A stretch of 64,000 nucleotides of DNA from Hemiscyllium ocellatum (Eukaryota): contig NC_083409.1 in the NCBI RefSeq assembly GCF_020745735.1, positions 15,781,873 through 15,845,872 on the forward strand, given 5' to 3'. The notes beneath the pieces were generated by a model, which searched no databases, had not been told where the DNA came from, and saw nothing but the letters and a program-made list of their open reading frames with translations. Positions 49,228 to 61,181 of this stretch are shown here, in pieces. Every line of letters starts with the position of its first letter. Positions within the stretch are counted from its first letter, which is position 1. Made by a program: the position numbers and the translations under genes.

Positions 49228-51539
49228 TTATCACAGGGGACATTTTCATTGTGGTACGATAAGTACCCTGCTTCTGAAGCTGAACACACTCTCTGCATCT
49301 TTGCAGTTTACTTTTTACTGATCAGTGACAGTGGCGAGAGAGAGCGCTTGCCCTGCTGCTGAGGATTATGGGTAAAGTCCCCTTCCATTTGCGCCCACAC
49401 AAACCAGCAGCCACTTCAGCTGCTTTATTGAAAATCACAAGCTTTCAAGGGCTGCTCTTTCAACGGTGGAACTGGAGGTAATACATCAGTTAAGGCCAAG
49501 CCAACTTGTCATATAGCTGAGCACATCTTCCTGGCTTTTAGAGACACACAATTATACGAATTAGGGACAGATGAAGGAGATTCATCCTCTTGATCCTGGT
49601 CCACATGGTGGATCTGATTATTCCACATTCTTGCCTAACTCTGATAGATTACTGATAAGAAAGGGATGAAAGGCTGTCTAATTCTTCATTACAAGCATTC
49701 AGAGATTTCAGTTGACCTTTTGAACAAGAGTTTCAAAGACCTATGACTGTATGCAAGACAAAGAATTCTGCTTTTCTCACTCTTAAATGAGGGAACTTAG
49801 TTTAGTTTTCTATTACCCCTGAAAACGTAACATTTTTTTCACATCCAGACTGTATTCTATGCTAATGTTGATATGGCATCTGCTTTATCAGCTGCTCTCT
49901 CATGAAAACAGCTGCCTGTACAGACACCTTCAGTGACTAATACACATAAGCATCCAGGCCCTACTGCCCCTACAGCTATCCATATTTGTATCCTTTAGTT
50001 TGATTTGTCTCACCACATTTTCCATCCAAAATGAATCACCGACATCTCTTCCCATTAAATTGTATCTGCAATCATCTGCTCATTCCATTATCTTACCGAC
50101 ATCCTTTTTGAAGTTCAACACTATCTTCTTCATAAGCCACAATACTTCAAAGTTTTATATCATCAGAAAACTTTGAAATTATGCCCTGTACACTCAGGTT
50201 AACATAGATTTATTGTTAACATTTAGTTTAAATAAATTATCATCTGTTTTGACCAAATTCCCCAGTCAGTTCGGCCATGGCTAACCTGGAACGCATTCCC
50301 CCTTAGTTCTGTAAACCTTACTGTCCTGAGTGAACGAACATCGAACTCCGGCCTTGACAGCTTTTCCAAATGCGAGTTCCGGATTTTCACACTTTTTCAG
50401 AAGGAGTTTTTCCTGAAATCATCCTAATTTTAATTTAAACAACCCTCTTGTTCTGAACTCTGGCACTGGAGAAAACAGTTTACATCAACATTGTTAATCA
50501 TTTCCAGAGGAAAAGCCTCACTTATGCAACCTGTTTGCTGTCATTAACAGTTTCAGGTCTGAAGGTGACATGACAGGCTGGATACTGAGAAGATGGTTTA
50601 TGTTGTAGGGCAGACAACAACTAGAGGGTCAATTTAACACAAAACAGTCTCCCGTTTAAAACCAGGAGGTTTTGTTTTGATGGCTGAGGATTGACAGTCT
50701 GTGGGATTCTCTTCTCTACATGGGAATGGAGCTTGGGTTTACTCAAGGTTGAGGTAGACAGATTTTTGATGAACATGGCAGTTAAGGATAATTGGGGGAA
50801 GCAGAAAGTGCAGCTGAGACCACACCCAGATGAGCAGTGATCTTCTTCATTGGCACAGCAGCTCCCAAAAGGCCTGCTCCTGCTCCTGGGCCCTATGTTC
50901 CAGCAGTGGCTGCAACAATCCTGGACTCCCATCTTTCCTTTGTCACTCACTGACAGAAATATAATTTCAAAACAAACATTATTTTCTTTAACAAACCCAA
51001 CTCAGCTCTCGTTACATTATTTTTCTCAGCTGTCTTCTTATCTCCACAGGGTTTGGGAAACATACGTTTTGTCTTCAGTTGGAAGGGAGGCAGACAGAGA
51101 CAGAGCGAGGCCTCAGAGAACACAGAGAGCTCTCACTCTGCACAGCAAAGCTTTTTTGGGTGGGGGTGAAGAGGAGAGAATCACGGGGAAAAGAGAACTT
51201 AGAGTTCAAAATAAAAGCTCTTCGCATATTGCCATCACTTAATGAATTAATGTGAGAGGATTAGAGACCCAGAACAATGAGAGTGTGGTGCCTCAGAGGC
51301 TAAAAGGCAGACATTATTCCTTCTCAGGGCATGAATGCCAGTGATAAGCCTCAAATGTATTGCCCATCTCCAGCTGCTCGGACTGCGTTCTTTGCTGAAC
51401 CAGATCATGGAGCAGTTAAGAATTGATTGGGTCAGTGTGAGACTGGAGTCACAGACCGGGTGATGACTGGGTTCCCTTGCCCAAAGAACATTCATGAACA
51501 TGACATTGAGTTTCATGGGTTTTTTTGTTCAGATTCCAA

Positions 51540-52199
51540 TGATGATGTAGACCCCCTTGCAGGACCCCTCGGTCTCATGATCTGTCAACAGAATCACTAG
51601 GAGTACGGTCTGGTTAAAGCAAGGTTACCAGTTTAATAAATTAAGGCAGCCTGGCGCAGATTTGTCCAGTAACACGGAGGTTGAAAGCTTCTGTGTTCCA
51701 TGGAGAAATGGTACAATTATATTCAAAAATTACACATTATTTATATGGTTTTTTAAGAGATAGGACAGCCTTATCTACAAGCAAAGACCAATCACATATA
51801 ATAAGTTGACATGATATTTCCTGGGAAAGGGTTCTTAATTACAAGAAAAGTTCGATCAACCATAATAAAGTGATATGATTGCCAACAGGCCAGTCCAATG
51901 ATATTCCCTGGGAAACAGATTGTTATATGCACAGAATTACCCCAGGTTTGCTAGTTCAGGATTAGTTCAAATACCAAATCACTGTCTTATAATTCCTATT
52001 CTGAAAAATCCATTGTATTTTCTGAACTTGTATTTAGCTTAACCCAGCAAAGCAGCAGCACAAGTTCACAAGAGTCAAATCATTACTTTCAGCCATGTTG
52101 TTGTGTTATTTTAAATTGAAAATCCATTTTGTGGTTCATAAAAATCTACATATATTTGTTGCTTCTGACAACAACCTGAATTCAAATTTTAGATCCTCA
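51540..52199 (-). mobile_element. Endogenous retrovirus 3' LTR (about 660 bp)
   Basis: PPT AAAGGGGGGAA (52200-52210, minus) abuts TGAGGAT...; ends ...ATCATCA; TATAAA (51740-51745) and ATTAAA (51632-51637) in the correct order on the minus strand. Confidence 0.7.
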
Positions 52200-52339
52200 T
52201 TCCCCCCTTTGTCATTCTATGACCACACCATAAAGGCATGGATCAAATTAATCCAATCCAATGGCAGCGAAAGACTGCAGTATTTTCTCTTCCTCCGAAG
52301 ATGAATCAGGGGCAGGCGATGATGCTTCTCATCATCATC

Positions 52340-52744
52340 TCAGTGGAGAAGAAACATTCTCTGGGTGGAGCCAATGTTGTCAATAGAAATTAATATTTTA
52401 GCAAGAATACTCTTAACAATAGCAATACCAACAAAAAGACCAACTAAAACAATAGCAGCATACATAGCCATATTGATTAGCCAGTTGTACCATGAGCCAA
52501 AACCCCAATCTCCCAATCCTGCACCTTCATTCATTTGGTTGACAAAAGTGTGGATGCTATCTATATGCCTAGTAATGGTTTCGATGAACAAAGTGACCCC
52601 CATGATACACTTTCCTTTGACTATGGTGCAAACTCCACCTTCCTCCACAAGTATGTAATCAAAAGCATAGCTGTTTTGTTGGGTACAGAGGCACAATTCT
52701 GAAAGCATGTCCCTAATTTCTATTAGGGCAGCAGTTGTCTCATT
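52340..52744 (-). pseudogene. env: Endogenous retrovirus env, TM-subunit fragment
   Basis: NETTAALIEIRDMLSEL (HR1), QQNSYAFDYILVEEGGVC (ISD-like), CTIVKGKC (CX6C), WLINMAMYAAIVLVGLFVGIAIV (membrane anchor), stop, then PPT and LTR. Confidence 0.9.
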
Positions 52745-52829
52745 TCATGAAATCATGAATCCACAAATGAGATAATTATGGTTTCAGAAAAACAACCAAA
52801 TATTTGCAGGGGCCAATATTTGGCCAAAG

Positions 52830-55340
52830 GACTGTTATAAAGAAAGAAATACTTACATCTAAATAGTGAGTTTTGTGGTTCTGGGGCATCTCAAAATGGC
52901 TCTCTGCCAATGAAGTACTTTTTGAATTCGGGTCATTGTTCCAAGGGAGGTATTATGACGTCATAGTTCCAATTGTTCTGCCATAATAGCCACTTGGTGA
53001 TCATGATAATCTGGATAATCAGATTCCCAGCAAAAACTTGGTTGAATATACAGCACAGACACCAAAAGAGCTGCTGGAAATCTGAAACAAAAACAGAAAT
53101 TGCTAGAAAAGCTCAGCAGGTCTGGCAGCATCTTTGGATAGAAATCCGTGAACATTTCTGATTCAGTGACCTTTGTGGTTATGGGACATCTCAAAATGGC
53201 TCTCTGTGAATGAGGTATTTTTTGAATTCTGGTCATTGTTCCAAGGTAGGTATTATGATGTCATGGCTCAAATTGTTATGGCAAAATAACCGGGGAACAA
53301 GGACTTGGGCTTCTGCTGCTGGTTACTGACATTATTTGATTTTGGTCCTGGTGTATACACACACAGATGCTCCTAGTTTGAACCTACTACTTACTACTTG
53401 CACATTCTTCACTGAAGCTACATTATCTCTCAGGACTGGAGAACATCCCACACTGGTGAGGGATTTGATGCTCGATGTTGGTATACCAAGCAGAATTCAA
53501 TTGTTTATACAAAATGCTGTATTTTATTATCATTAAATAATGTCTACTTAATTTTACTTTTTTTGACCAAATGTCGTAATGCAAATAAACATTGAAAATC
53601 CAAATCCAAAATAAATATTTGAGTTTCTGATTGCAAGCTTGTAATGTAATCTAAGCTGAATCTGAAAATCTGTGTTGTTGATTATCTTTGCTTTGCTTTT
53701 GTTTTAGGTGAGCTGACAAGTTGAGGAGTAGAACATCTAACAAGTCAGTCCTACTAAATCAGAGAGTGATAAAGAGTCGAAGTACGAGACAAAGGTACAG
53801 TGGTGCTGATTTGCAAACTACTCCAGTTAGTTGTAGTGCCTTCAATCACTGGTGTGGTGACTATTGGGTTCAGTCATCAATACTATGTGGCAGATTAGAG
53901 ATAATTTGATCCTATCGCCAAAGGACCGTTATAAAGAAAGAAATATTTACATTTAAATTGCGAGTTTTGTGGTTATGGGACATCTCAAAATGGCTCACTG
54001 CCAATGAAGTATTTTTTGAATTCTGGTCATTGTTACAAGGGAGGTATTATGATGTCGGGCTCCGATTGTTATGACATAATAGCCAGTTGGTGTTAGTACT
54101 GGATAATCAGATCCCCAGCAAAACCTTGATTGAATATACAGCACAAAAACCAAAAAAACTGCTGGAAATCTGATACAAAAAAAAAATGCTGGAAAGCTCA
54201 GTAAGTCTGGCAGCATTTGTGGAGAGAAATCCTTTAACATTTCTGGTTCAGTGATCTTTGTTATTATGGGACATCTCAAAATGGATCTCTGCGAGTGAGG
54301 TATTTTTTGAATTCTGGTCATTGTTCCAAAGGAAGTATTATGATGTTGCGTGTTGTGGCTCCAACTGTTATGTAATAAAAGCCAGGAGAACACGGGCTTG
54401 GGCTTCTGTTGATGCTTACTGACATTATTTGATTGTGGTTCTGGTGTATACACACACAGATGCTCTAGTTTGAACTTACTACTTAATTCTTTTACATTCC
54501 TCACTGAAGCTAATTTATCGCTCAGGACTGGAGAACGTCCCACACTGGTGAAGGATTTGATTGTGCTGTAAGGCTCAACATTGGTATACAAACCAGATTT
54601 CAATTGTTTATACAAAATGTTGTATTTCATTATCATTAAATAATGTCAACTTAATATTACTGCTTTTGACCAAATTGAAAATCCAAATCCAAAATAAGTA
54701 TTTGAGTTTCTGATTGCAAGCTTGTGAGGAAATCTAATCTGAATCTGAAAATCTGTGTTGTTGATTATCTTTGCTTTGCTTTTGTTTTAGGTGAGCTGAC
54801 AAGTTGTGGAGTAAAACATCTAACAAGTCAGCCCTACTAAATCAGAGACTGATAAAGATTCAAAATACGAGGCAAGGTATAGTGGTGCTGATTTGCAAAC
54901 CATTCCAGTTAGTTGTAGTGCCTTCAATCATTGTTGTGGTGACTATTGGGTCGAGTCATCAATACTGTGTGGCAGATTAGAGATCATTTGATCCTATCGC
55001 CAAAGGACTGTCATAAAGAAATATTTACATTTAAATTGGGAGTTTTGTGGTTATGGGACATCTCAAAATGGCTCTCTACCAATGAAGTATTTTTTGAATT
55101 CTGGTCATTGTTACAAGGAAGGTATTATGATGTCGGGCTCTGATTGTTGTGACATAATAGCCAGTTGATGTTAGTACTGGATAATCAGATCCCCAGCAAA
55201 ACCTTGGTTGAATATACAGCACAAAAACCAAAAGAACTGCTGGAAATCTGAAACAAAAAACAGAAATTGCTGGAAAGCCTCAGAAGGTCTGGCAGCATCT
55301 TTGTGAGAGAAATCCGTAATCATTTCTGGTTCAGCGATCC
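52830..55340. repeat. Tandem triplication, ~1.09-kb unit (2.3 copies)
   Basis: Unit starts at about 52830, 53924 and 55006; an internal ~110-bp subrepeat occurs five times. Confidence 0.9.
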
Positions 55341-56548
55341 TTCCTCTGAACACTGCAACAATAAGTTTTATTTCTCTTCATGTTGTGAGGAAGAGTCACT
55401 GCTCCTGAAATGTTAACTGATTTCTCTCTACAGATGCTGCCAGACCTACTAAGCCTTTCCCGCCATGTCTGTTTGAAGATACAGTAAATGTTTTATTAAC
55501 TATCACCAATGGGACCAGGAGTGCTGGTTGATCAAATATTCCAGTGTCAAGCAGACTGACATAATCAATGTTTAGTAATGGAAACCTAATGCAGGGGTAT
55601 ACACATCACTTTATTTGTCGTATAACTCACTGAAACAAGCATGCACATTTGCCTTAAATAAAACTTAATGGCAGAGTGCCTTCTCACTTGCAGCCTCAAC
55701 TGACTACTCTGACACCATGAAAATGCGGTGACCTTCGAGTATTTCAGGTGCATAATTTTTGGTGGTTTATTAAGAGCAACAGTTCATAAAGTGCCAGTTA
55801 AAATAACATGTTGTCCCATGATTGTTTTTGGCTGCCTGGTTGAATTACTAGCACATATTGCAGTTCACCATCTACATTGCACAATTCAGTAGTGTGATGG
55901 AATGCTTTCAACTTGCTTGGATGAGTGCAGATCTAGTAATACTGAAGAAGCTTGACACTATTTGGGACAGAACAGCTGAGGGCTAACACCACATGCACAA
56001 ACCTGCACTTCCTCCACCTTCAACACTCAGCACCAATCTGTACCATTTGCTTAATACACTTACAGAAGCTCTCTAAGACTGACAGGGTGGCACCTTCCAA
56101 AACCATTCCAAAACTTTAATTCCATGCTGTACATTTCTACACATTCTATCTTCTGCATCATCGCCCTGCTCGCTTATCACCCTCTTGTTACTTAATTTCA
56201 TTCTCTGCCTTAACCCAGTCCTTCAGTTTCAAAGTTCCTATGTACAGATTTGTTTGTGGCTCCCGTTTACTTTTCCAACTCTTTTCTGCCCTGCCCCCCT
56301 CCATATCTCAGGTCATTCTGTCTGCTGAACATTTTAGCTTCATACTTCCCAGTCTCACCCTGACATTTCCTGCTTCTTAGCTCCCAGTTTCCCTCAAAAT
56401 ATATGTTTGACACCCTGCATGTTTCCTAGTTCCCCTTTGATTCCTGCCTGAGTCTATCCTAAGAGTTTTTACTGCAGGAAACATACTATTTTAACTTGCA
56501 TTGTGTTTGATTCATTATTTTTCTTTCATCCCAATTTGCGGCACATAG

Positions 56549-56650
56549 AAAACAGGCTTGAAGCTGTACCCACCACTACTGCAGTGACAGACACAGTGAT
56601 GGATACTAAGAAAGCTTTGAGCAGTGCTACTCGAAAAATTAGCAGACTGG
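56549..56650 (+). CDS. CEP350: CEP350-like internal exon (phase 1-1)
   Basis: AG/GTAAGT boundaries; ENRLEAVPTTTAVTDTVMDTKKALSSATRKISRL; assigned by phase continuity with the downstream exons. Confidence 0.55.
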
Positions 56651-57177
56651 GTAAGTGGAAGGAATACAAAATGAATTGTTCATGGTAATTAGATCAACAG
56701 TTACTCTTGACCTCATGCTGGCCATTGTTAATCTGATAAAAGTAATAACCCTGGTGAAATTAAGTTAAGTGGTCGAGGGTCATGCACTTACATTTTGCAG
56801 TGTTTTGAAAGCATTTGCAACAGAGACTGAGGCTATGGAATCTTTTCCTTCTCTCTAATTTATGGAGCTTCATTGGTAAGGCTTAGCAGGCAAAGTCAAC
56901 CCTCCATTCCCTTCCTGAAGTGGTCATCTCCCGCTTCCATCTGTGTCAACACCTGTTGCCCATTGCAGATTCCCCCCAAATGTCTGGTTTATCACTTTGT
57001 GCTGGTCCACAGAATTTGAGGAGGTGGGCGAGAAGAATTAACTTAGCATCTATCTCTTCTATATTCTGACAGCAACAGTTGAAGAGAAACTTGTGCTAAC
57101 TAACCAATCCCATTGATTGTGATAATGGAATGCATGCTCCTTTTTGACTTCTTAAACTTTGTTTCTATTTCTATCAG

Positions 57178-57349
57178 ATGGAAGGTATCTGGAGGATTCT
57201 GTAGCCAGTGCTACATCTGTCAAATCCAGTAGTCGCAGCAAATCACGGAAGGTCAACACCTCCCGCAGTCCCTTGCGATCTGCCACCCTGGAAAGTAACA
57301 TTATGAAGAGCAGTCGAGATGAATTCAGAGATCCATTAACTGCATATAG
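57178..57349 (+). CDS. CEP350: CEP350-like internal exon (phase 1-2)
   Basis: TTTCTATCAG acceptor, GTATGA donor; Ser-rich DGRYLEDSVASATSVKSSSRSKS...RDPLTAY. Confidence 0.65.
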
Positions 57350-58320
57350 GTATGACCAGACGTATGTACCTTCTGTCGGTCACTTTCTGTTATCAATTCC
57401 TGAAGCTGTGCATATATTAGAAACAACCAATACCTGCTTGACAGCTTATAGTTGCACTCTTCTGACACTCAAATCACAACAGAGTCAACAGTGGCAGGAT
57501 AGATACATAGAGGATCCCAGGCTTCAGAATGCTTGTTCTTTCACGCATAATCTCATCCGAGGGTGTAATTTTAAAGATCTTGCACACAAACATTTTTTGT
57601 GCTTATGACTTTTTACAGTGTGTTACAACTTGTGCACCAATTGACTTGCAGATGCACTCTAGAACAGAAACCATTTGTAAACTGGGGTCTGCCAGTAACC
57701 TGAAACATGGGCACAATTTCAACCGTGTAGCCCACCTTAGTTGATTCTATTTGTTTTTTATTCAATGCTCACTGCTCTGTGAAACCAACTATTAATGGAG
57801 ATACGTTAGTGAAGCTCAGTCTTGTACAGTATTTAGATCATCATCAGTTCATCAGAGCCATTAAGCTTTTATAAATTGGGACTGGAGTACAAACATGAAT
57901 GATGTTAAACCATCACAAATCACTGGTTAAGCTACAGTTAGAATGTTGTCCCCAGTATTGGGAACCCTAATTCAGGAAGGACTTCAAGGCTGTGCACAGG
58001 AACCAGAAAGTGTTAACTTGACATTCGCTGATTATAGTAATCAAGAGAGATTCGATAAGTTGCTGATCATTTTGATTGAACAGTGGTTCAGAGGAGACCT
58101 CAAACCTGGTCAGGATGTTCGAAGAACTGCTTCTCCTGGTGGAAGAGACAGTAAGTAGATGGAAAATACAAGGTGAAGTTATGGAAGTCACCAAATTAAT
58201 AAAGTTACAGACTGTCATCGGTATCACATTTCATTTAAAGGGGAGGCGATGGGCGAGTGGTATTAGTGCCACGTAAATAATCCAGATACTCAGTACATTT
58301 TAGTAAGCCTACACTGGATA

Positions 58321-58428
58321 GGTCAGGCAGCATCAAAGGAGCAGGAGAATTGACGTTTCCAGCATAAGCCCTTCTTCAGATTTATGCCCGAAACGTCAAT
58401 TCTCCTGCTCCTTTGATGCTGCCTGACC
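58321..58428. repeat. Perfect 39-bp inverted repeat from head-to-head Penelope termini
   Basis: 58321-58359 is the exact reverse complement of 58390-58428; 30-nt spacer. Confidence 0.9.
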
Positions 58429-59258
58429 TGCTGTGCTTTTCCAGCAACACATTTTGCAGCTCTGATCTCCAGCATCTGCAGTCCTCACTTTCTCCTGCAC
58501 TGGATAGTCCAACATATGTTGAGCTGGGGTGAATTCTCCTTGCTGCTCATAGAAATTGGGTTCTTGGCATTTTTTGGACTTCATCAAGGGGAAATTGTCA
58601 TCAGTGAGCATTTGCTTTATGTAGTGTATGTGATTTTGGAAATCTTCAGCTCTTGTATAATTGTGTGCTGTCTGCTGATGTGCATGTGATGTCGTTGTCC
58701 TTTATTTTTCCTCTGGCATCCCAGAGAGCTACCAGCCATACGGTGGCTAGTGTGATGGTAGTCACTGATGAATCCTCTTGATGACTCAAATGGACTGGTA
58801 AACCCAAAGGACCTTTGAGGCCTTGGCGAGTATGTTGCAAAGCTGTTGTCTGGGTTGTCAGGTTTGGCAGGTTCATCAGCCTTTAGGCTGCTGTGTTCAG
58901 TCAGTACATTGTTGTTTAAATTTAAGAGTGGGAATAGTATTGTAGAAGATTGGCTTTTGGGAATAGTAGAGGGAACATGGGCCCATCCAGTAAGGATGGC
59001 TGTTTATCCTCATGAAGGGCTTGTGCCGGAATCATGGAGTCTCCTCTTTGGATGCTGCCTGACATGCTGTGCTTTTCCAGTGCCACACTTTTTGACTCTG
59101 TTTGTCCCTAATGCAGACTAAATCCTACAGATTGTTTAAAGCAGAGCTTCAGCAAACAGATACTTGATGGCATGAAATCTGCAGTGTTAAATGGTTTAAG
59201 TGATGTCTCATTTTGACAGTTGTCAACATTTGTGATTGTGTAAATTTTGTGCTTTCAG

Positions 59259-59467
59259 TGCTCACGGGAAGTCATCAAAGAAAAGCACAAGCTCTTCATT
59301 GTTCCATTCCACTGTGAGTTCCATGTCTCAGAGCCCTTTTCAGAATGACGCAGAGATAACATCCAGAGAGGGGACAAGGCAGCTGCGTACTACTACCGCC
59401 ACACCTTCACCTTCTCTAGTCGACATCAGTGTTACTGCAGCCAGGCCCTCCACATCCTCTGCTGCAG
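59259..59467 (+). CDS. CEP350: CEP350-like internal exon (phase 2-1)
   Basis: GCTTTCAG acceptor, weaker GTTGGA donor; Ser/Thr-rich; phases match both neighbours. Confidence 0.6.
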
Positions 59468-60366
59468 GTTGGAACTCTCGGAATCATGTTTTCTGTAACT
59501 ATCATTTGTTTGTCCTAACCGTCCCCATTGGAGAAGTTTTTTAAAAAAATAAAACCCTGAGTAAGTAGACAACCAAGGTGAAGTGACAGGCATAGTGATG
59601 ACTGGAAGAAATGGTGAGGTGCCACGTGACGTGGAAGCAGGTGCTTTTCCATTCAAGTGGTCGGATCCTGTCTGAGGAACATTAAGCAGAAGTAGGCTAT
59701 TCGGCCTGTTGAGCCAGCCCCTGTCATTCAGTACAATCATGGCTGATCAGTGCTTCAGTATCGTTTTAGCCACCCTGTTCCCATCACCCTGTACACTATT
59801 GGAAATCAAATCCGTCAATTTTTACATAAAACATACTTGATGACTATGCTTTCACAACTCTCTGTGGCAGTGAACTCCAAAAGATTCATGACCCTGAAGT
59901 AACAACAGAATTATCATCAGCTCAGACTTATGACATGGTCTCACTTATAAGTTGTCCCGCCAGTCCTAGACTCCCCAACGGGGGAAACGTTACCTACATC
60001 TACCCTTTAAGTATTTTGTAGATTTCAATGAAATCAATTCAAAATGCTGGAGAATGCAGGTCCAGTTTTCCCAATCTCTCTCCATGAGAATGTCCTGGAA
60101 ACAAGTCTGGTGAACCTTTGTTGCATTCCTGATCATTCACCAGGACCCAAATACAATGATTGGGTTTGGATTTTCTGCACGCTTTGCTATTTGTTTTATC
60201 CTGTGAATCTCATGAAAATTTCAATGTCTTGTCCCTTGTCATTTTTTACGCAGTTCCCGAACTTGTTTTGAATCCTGGAGAGGTGTGCAGTTAACCCTAT
60301 GATCCCAATGCATTATTGAACTAACTGTAAAAGTTGGAATTACACTTTTCACTTTGGTTATTGCAG

Positions 60367-60530
60367 CCTCGATGCTCAGCTCCCCACCAAGTATCCAACA
60401 CCACATGACTGCTCAACACACTTACTTGGATGCTATGGAAGAGTCCATCCGTCAGCTATCGGAGATAGACATGACCCAGGGAATAGTCTTTGCTCAACAA
60501 GAGACTGTGTCGTTGGCTCAGATCCTAAAG
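60367..60530 (+). CDS. CEP350: CEP350-like exon (phase 1-0)
   Basis: TYLDAMEESIRQLSEID..QGIVFAQQETVSLAQILK matches the recalled human CEP350 SYLNAIEESVRQLSDVE..RGISLAQQESVSLAQIIK. Confidence 0.85.
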
Positions 60531-61070
60531 GTACAGGTTTATGCCTTGTGGTCTTTCAGAAATGGTTTTGTGAAATTGTCTTAAGTGATAATGGCTGCGC
60601 TCGTTTTCCAAACCAGGCAACATTCTGAGCAACGTTCTTCAGTTAAATCAGGCAAAACAAAGATTATTCCAAAACTAGAGATTAAATTTACTTACCCTTG
60701 GGTTGTGATTTAGGACAATGCCTAATCTTAAACGTGCAGATATTAGCATCGAACCTGTGCATGACTGCACTTTCCAAGTTGACTGATAGAAGCAGGGCAA
60801 ACTTGCCAAGTTTTCAAGAAATTTCAGCTTTCTAAAATTTGAGCTATGATGATGAGATTTATGAGAAAATGTTTTTTTATTTATAAAGTTGCAATATTAA
60901 AATTAATTGATTAAAATCTTGTCATTTGTTACTCTTAAGATTTTGATGCCTTTGCATTTCAATTGTTACTCTCTCTCTCTGGATACTGCAAATTTAAATA
61001 CCAGTTTTTCACAGAGCAGAGCAGTGGAATGTAGAGTGATGGTTCCTATTTAATCTTTGTTTGTGTCCAG

Positions 61071-61181
61071 GCCCAACAGCTGAGCCATGAGCACGACATA
61101 GCCCTGCTGAAGCTGAAGGCCGAGCAGGAAGCTGCTGCAAGTCAGAGGCAGCTAGAGGAGGCCAGACAGAAAGCTGTACAG
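61071..61181 (+). CDS. CEP350: CEP350-like exon (phase 0-0)
   Basis: AQQLSHEHDIALLKLKAEQEAAASQRQLEEARQKAVQ matches the recalled CEP350 AQQQRHERDLALLKLKAEQEALESQRQLEETRNKAAQ. Confidence 0.9.

Noticed and set aside
51102-51170. GAGCTCTCACTCTG resembling the J 23-RSS spacer/heptamer, then FGWG
   Set aside because: No nonamer, heptamer CAC is broken, and the paralog at 27.2 kb lacks the FGxG.
15560-51520. Duplications as simple haplotig or assembly duplication
   Set aside because: Copies differ by many substitutions and by copy-specific TE insertions, more than expected for alleles; relative orientation still needs read support.
52830-55340. Repeat arrays as CRISPR-like
   Set aside because: Eukaryotic tandem duplications without unique spacers; same for the minisatellites at 4835 and 40954.
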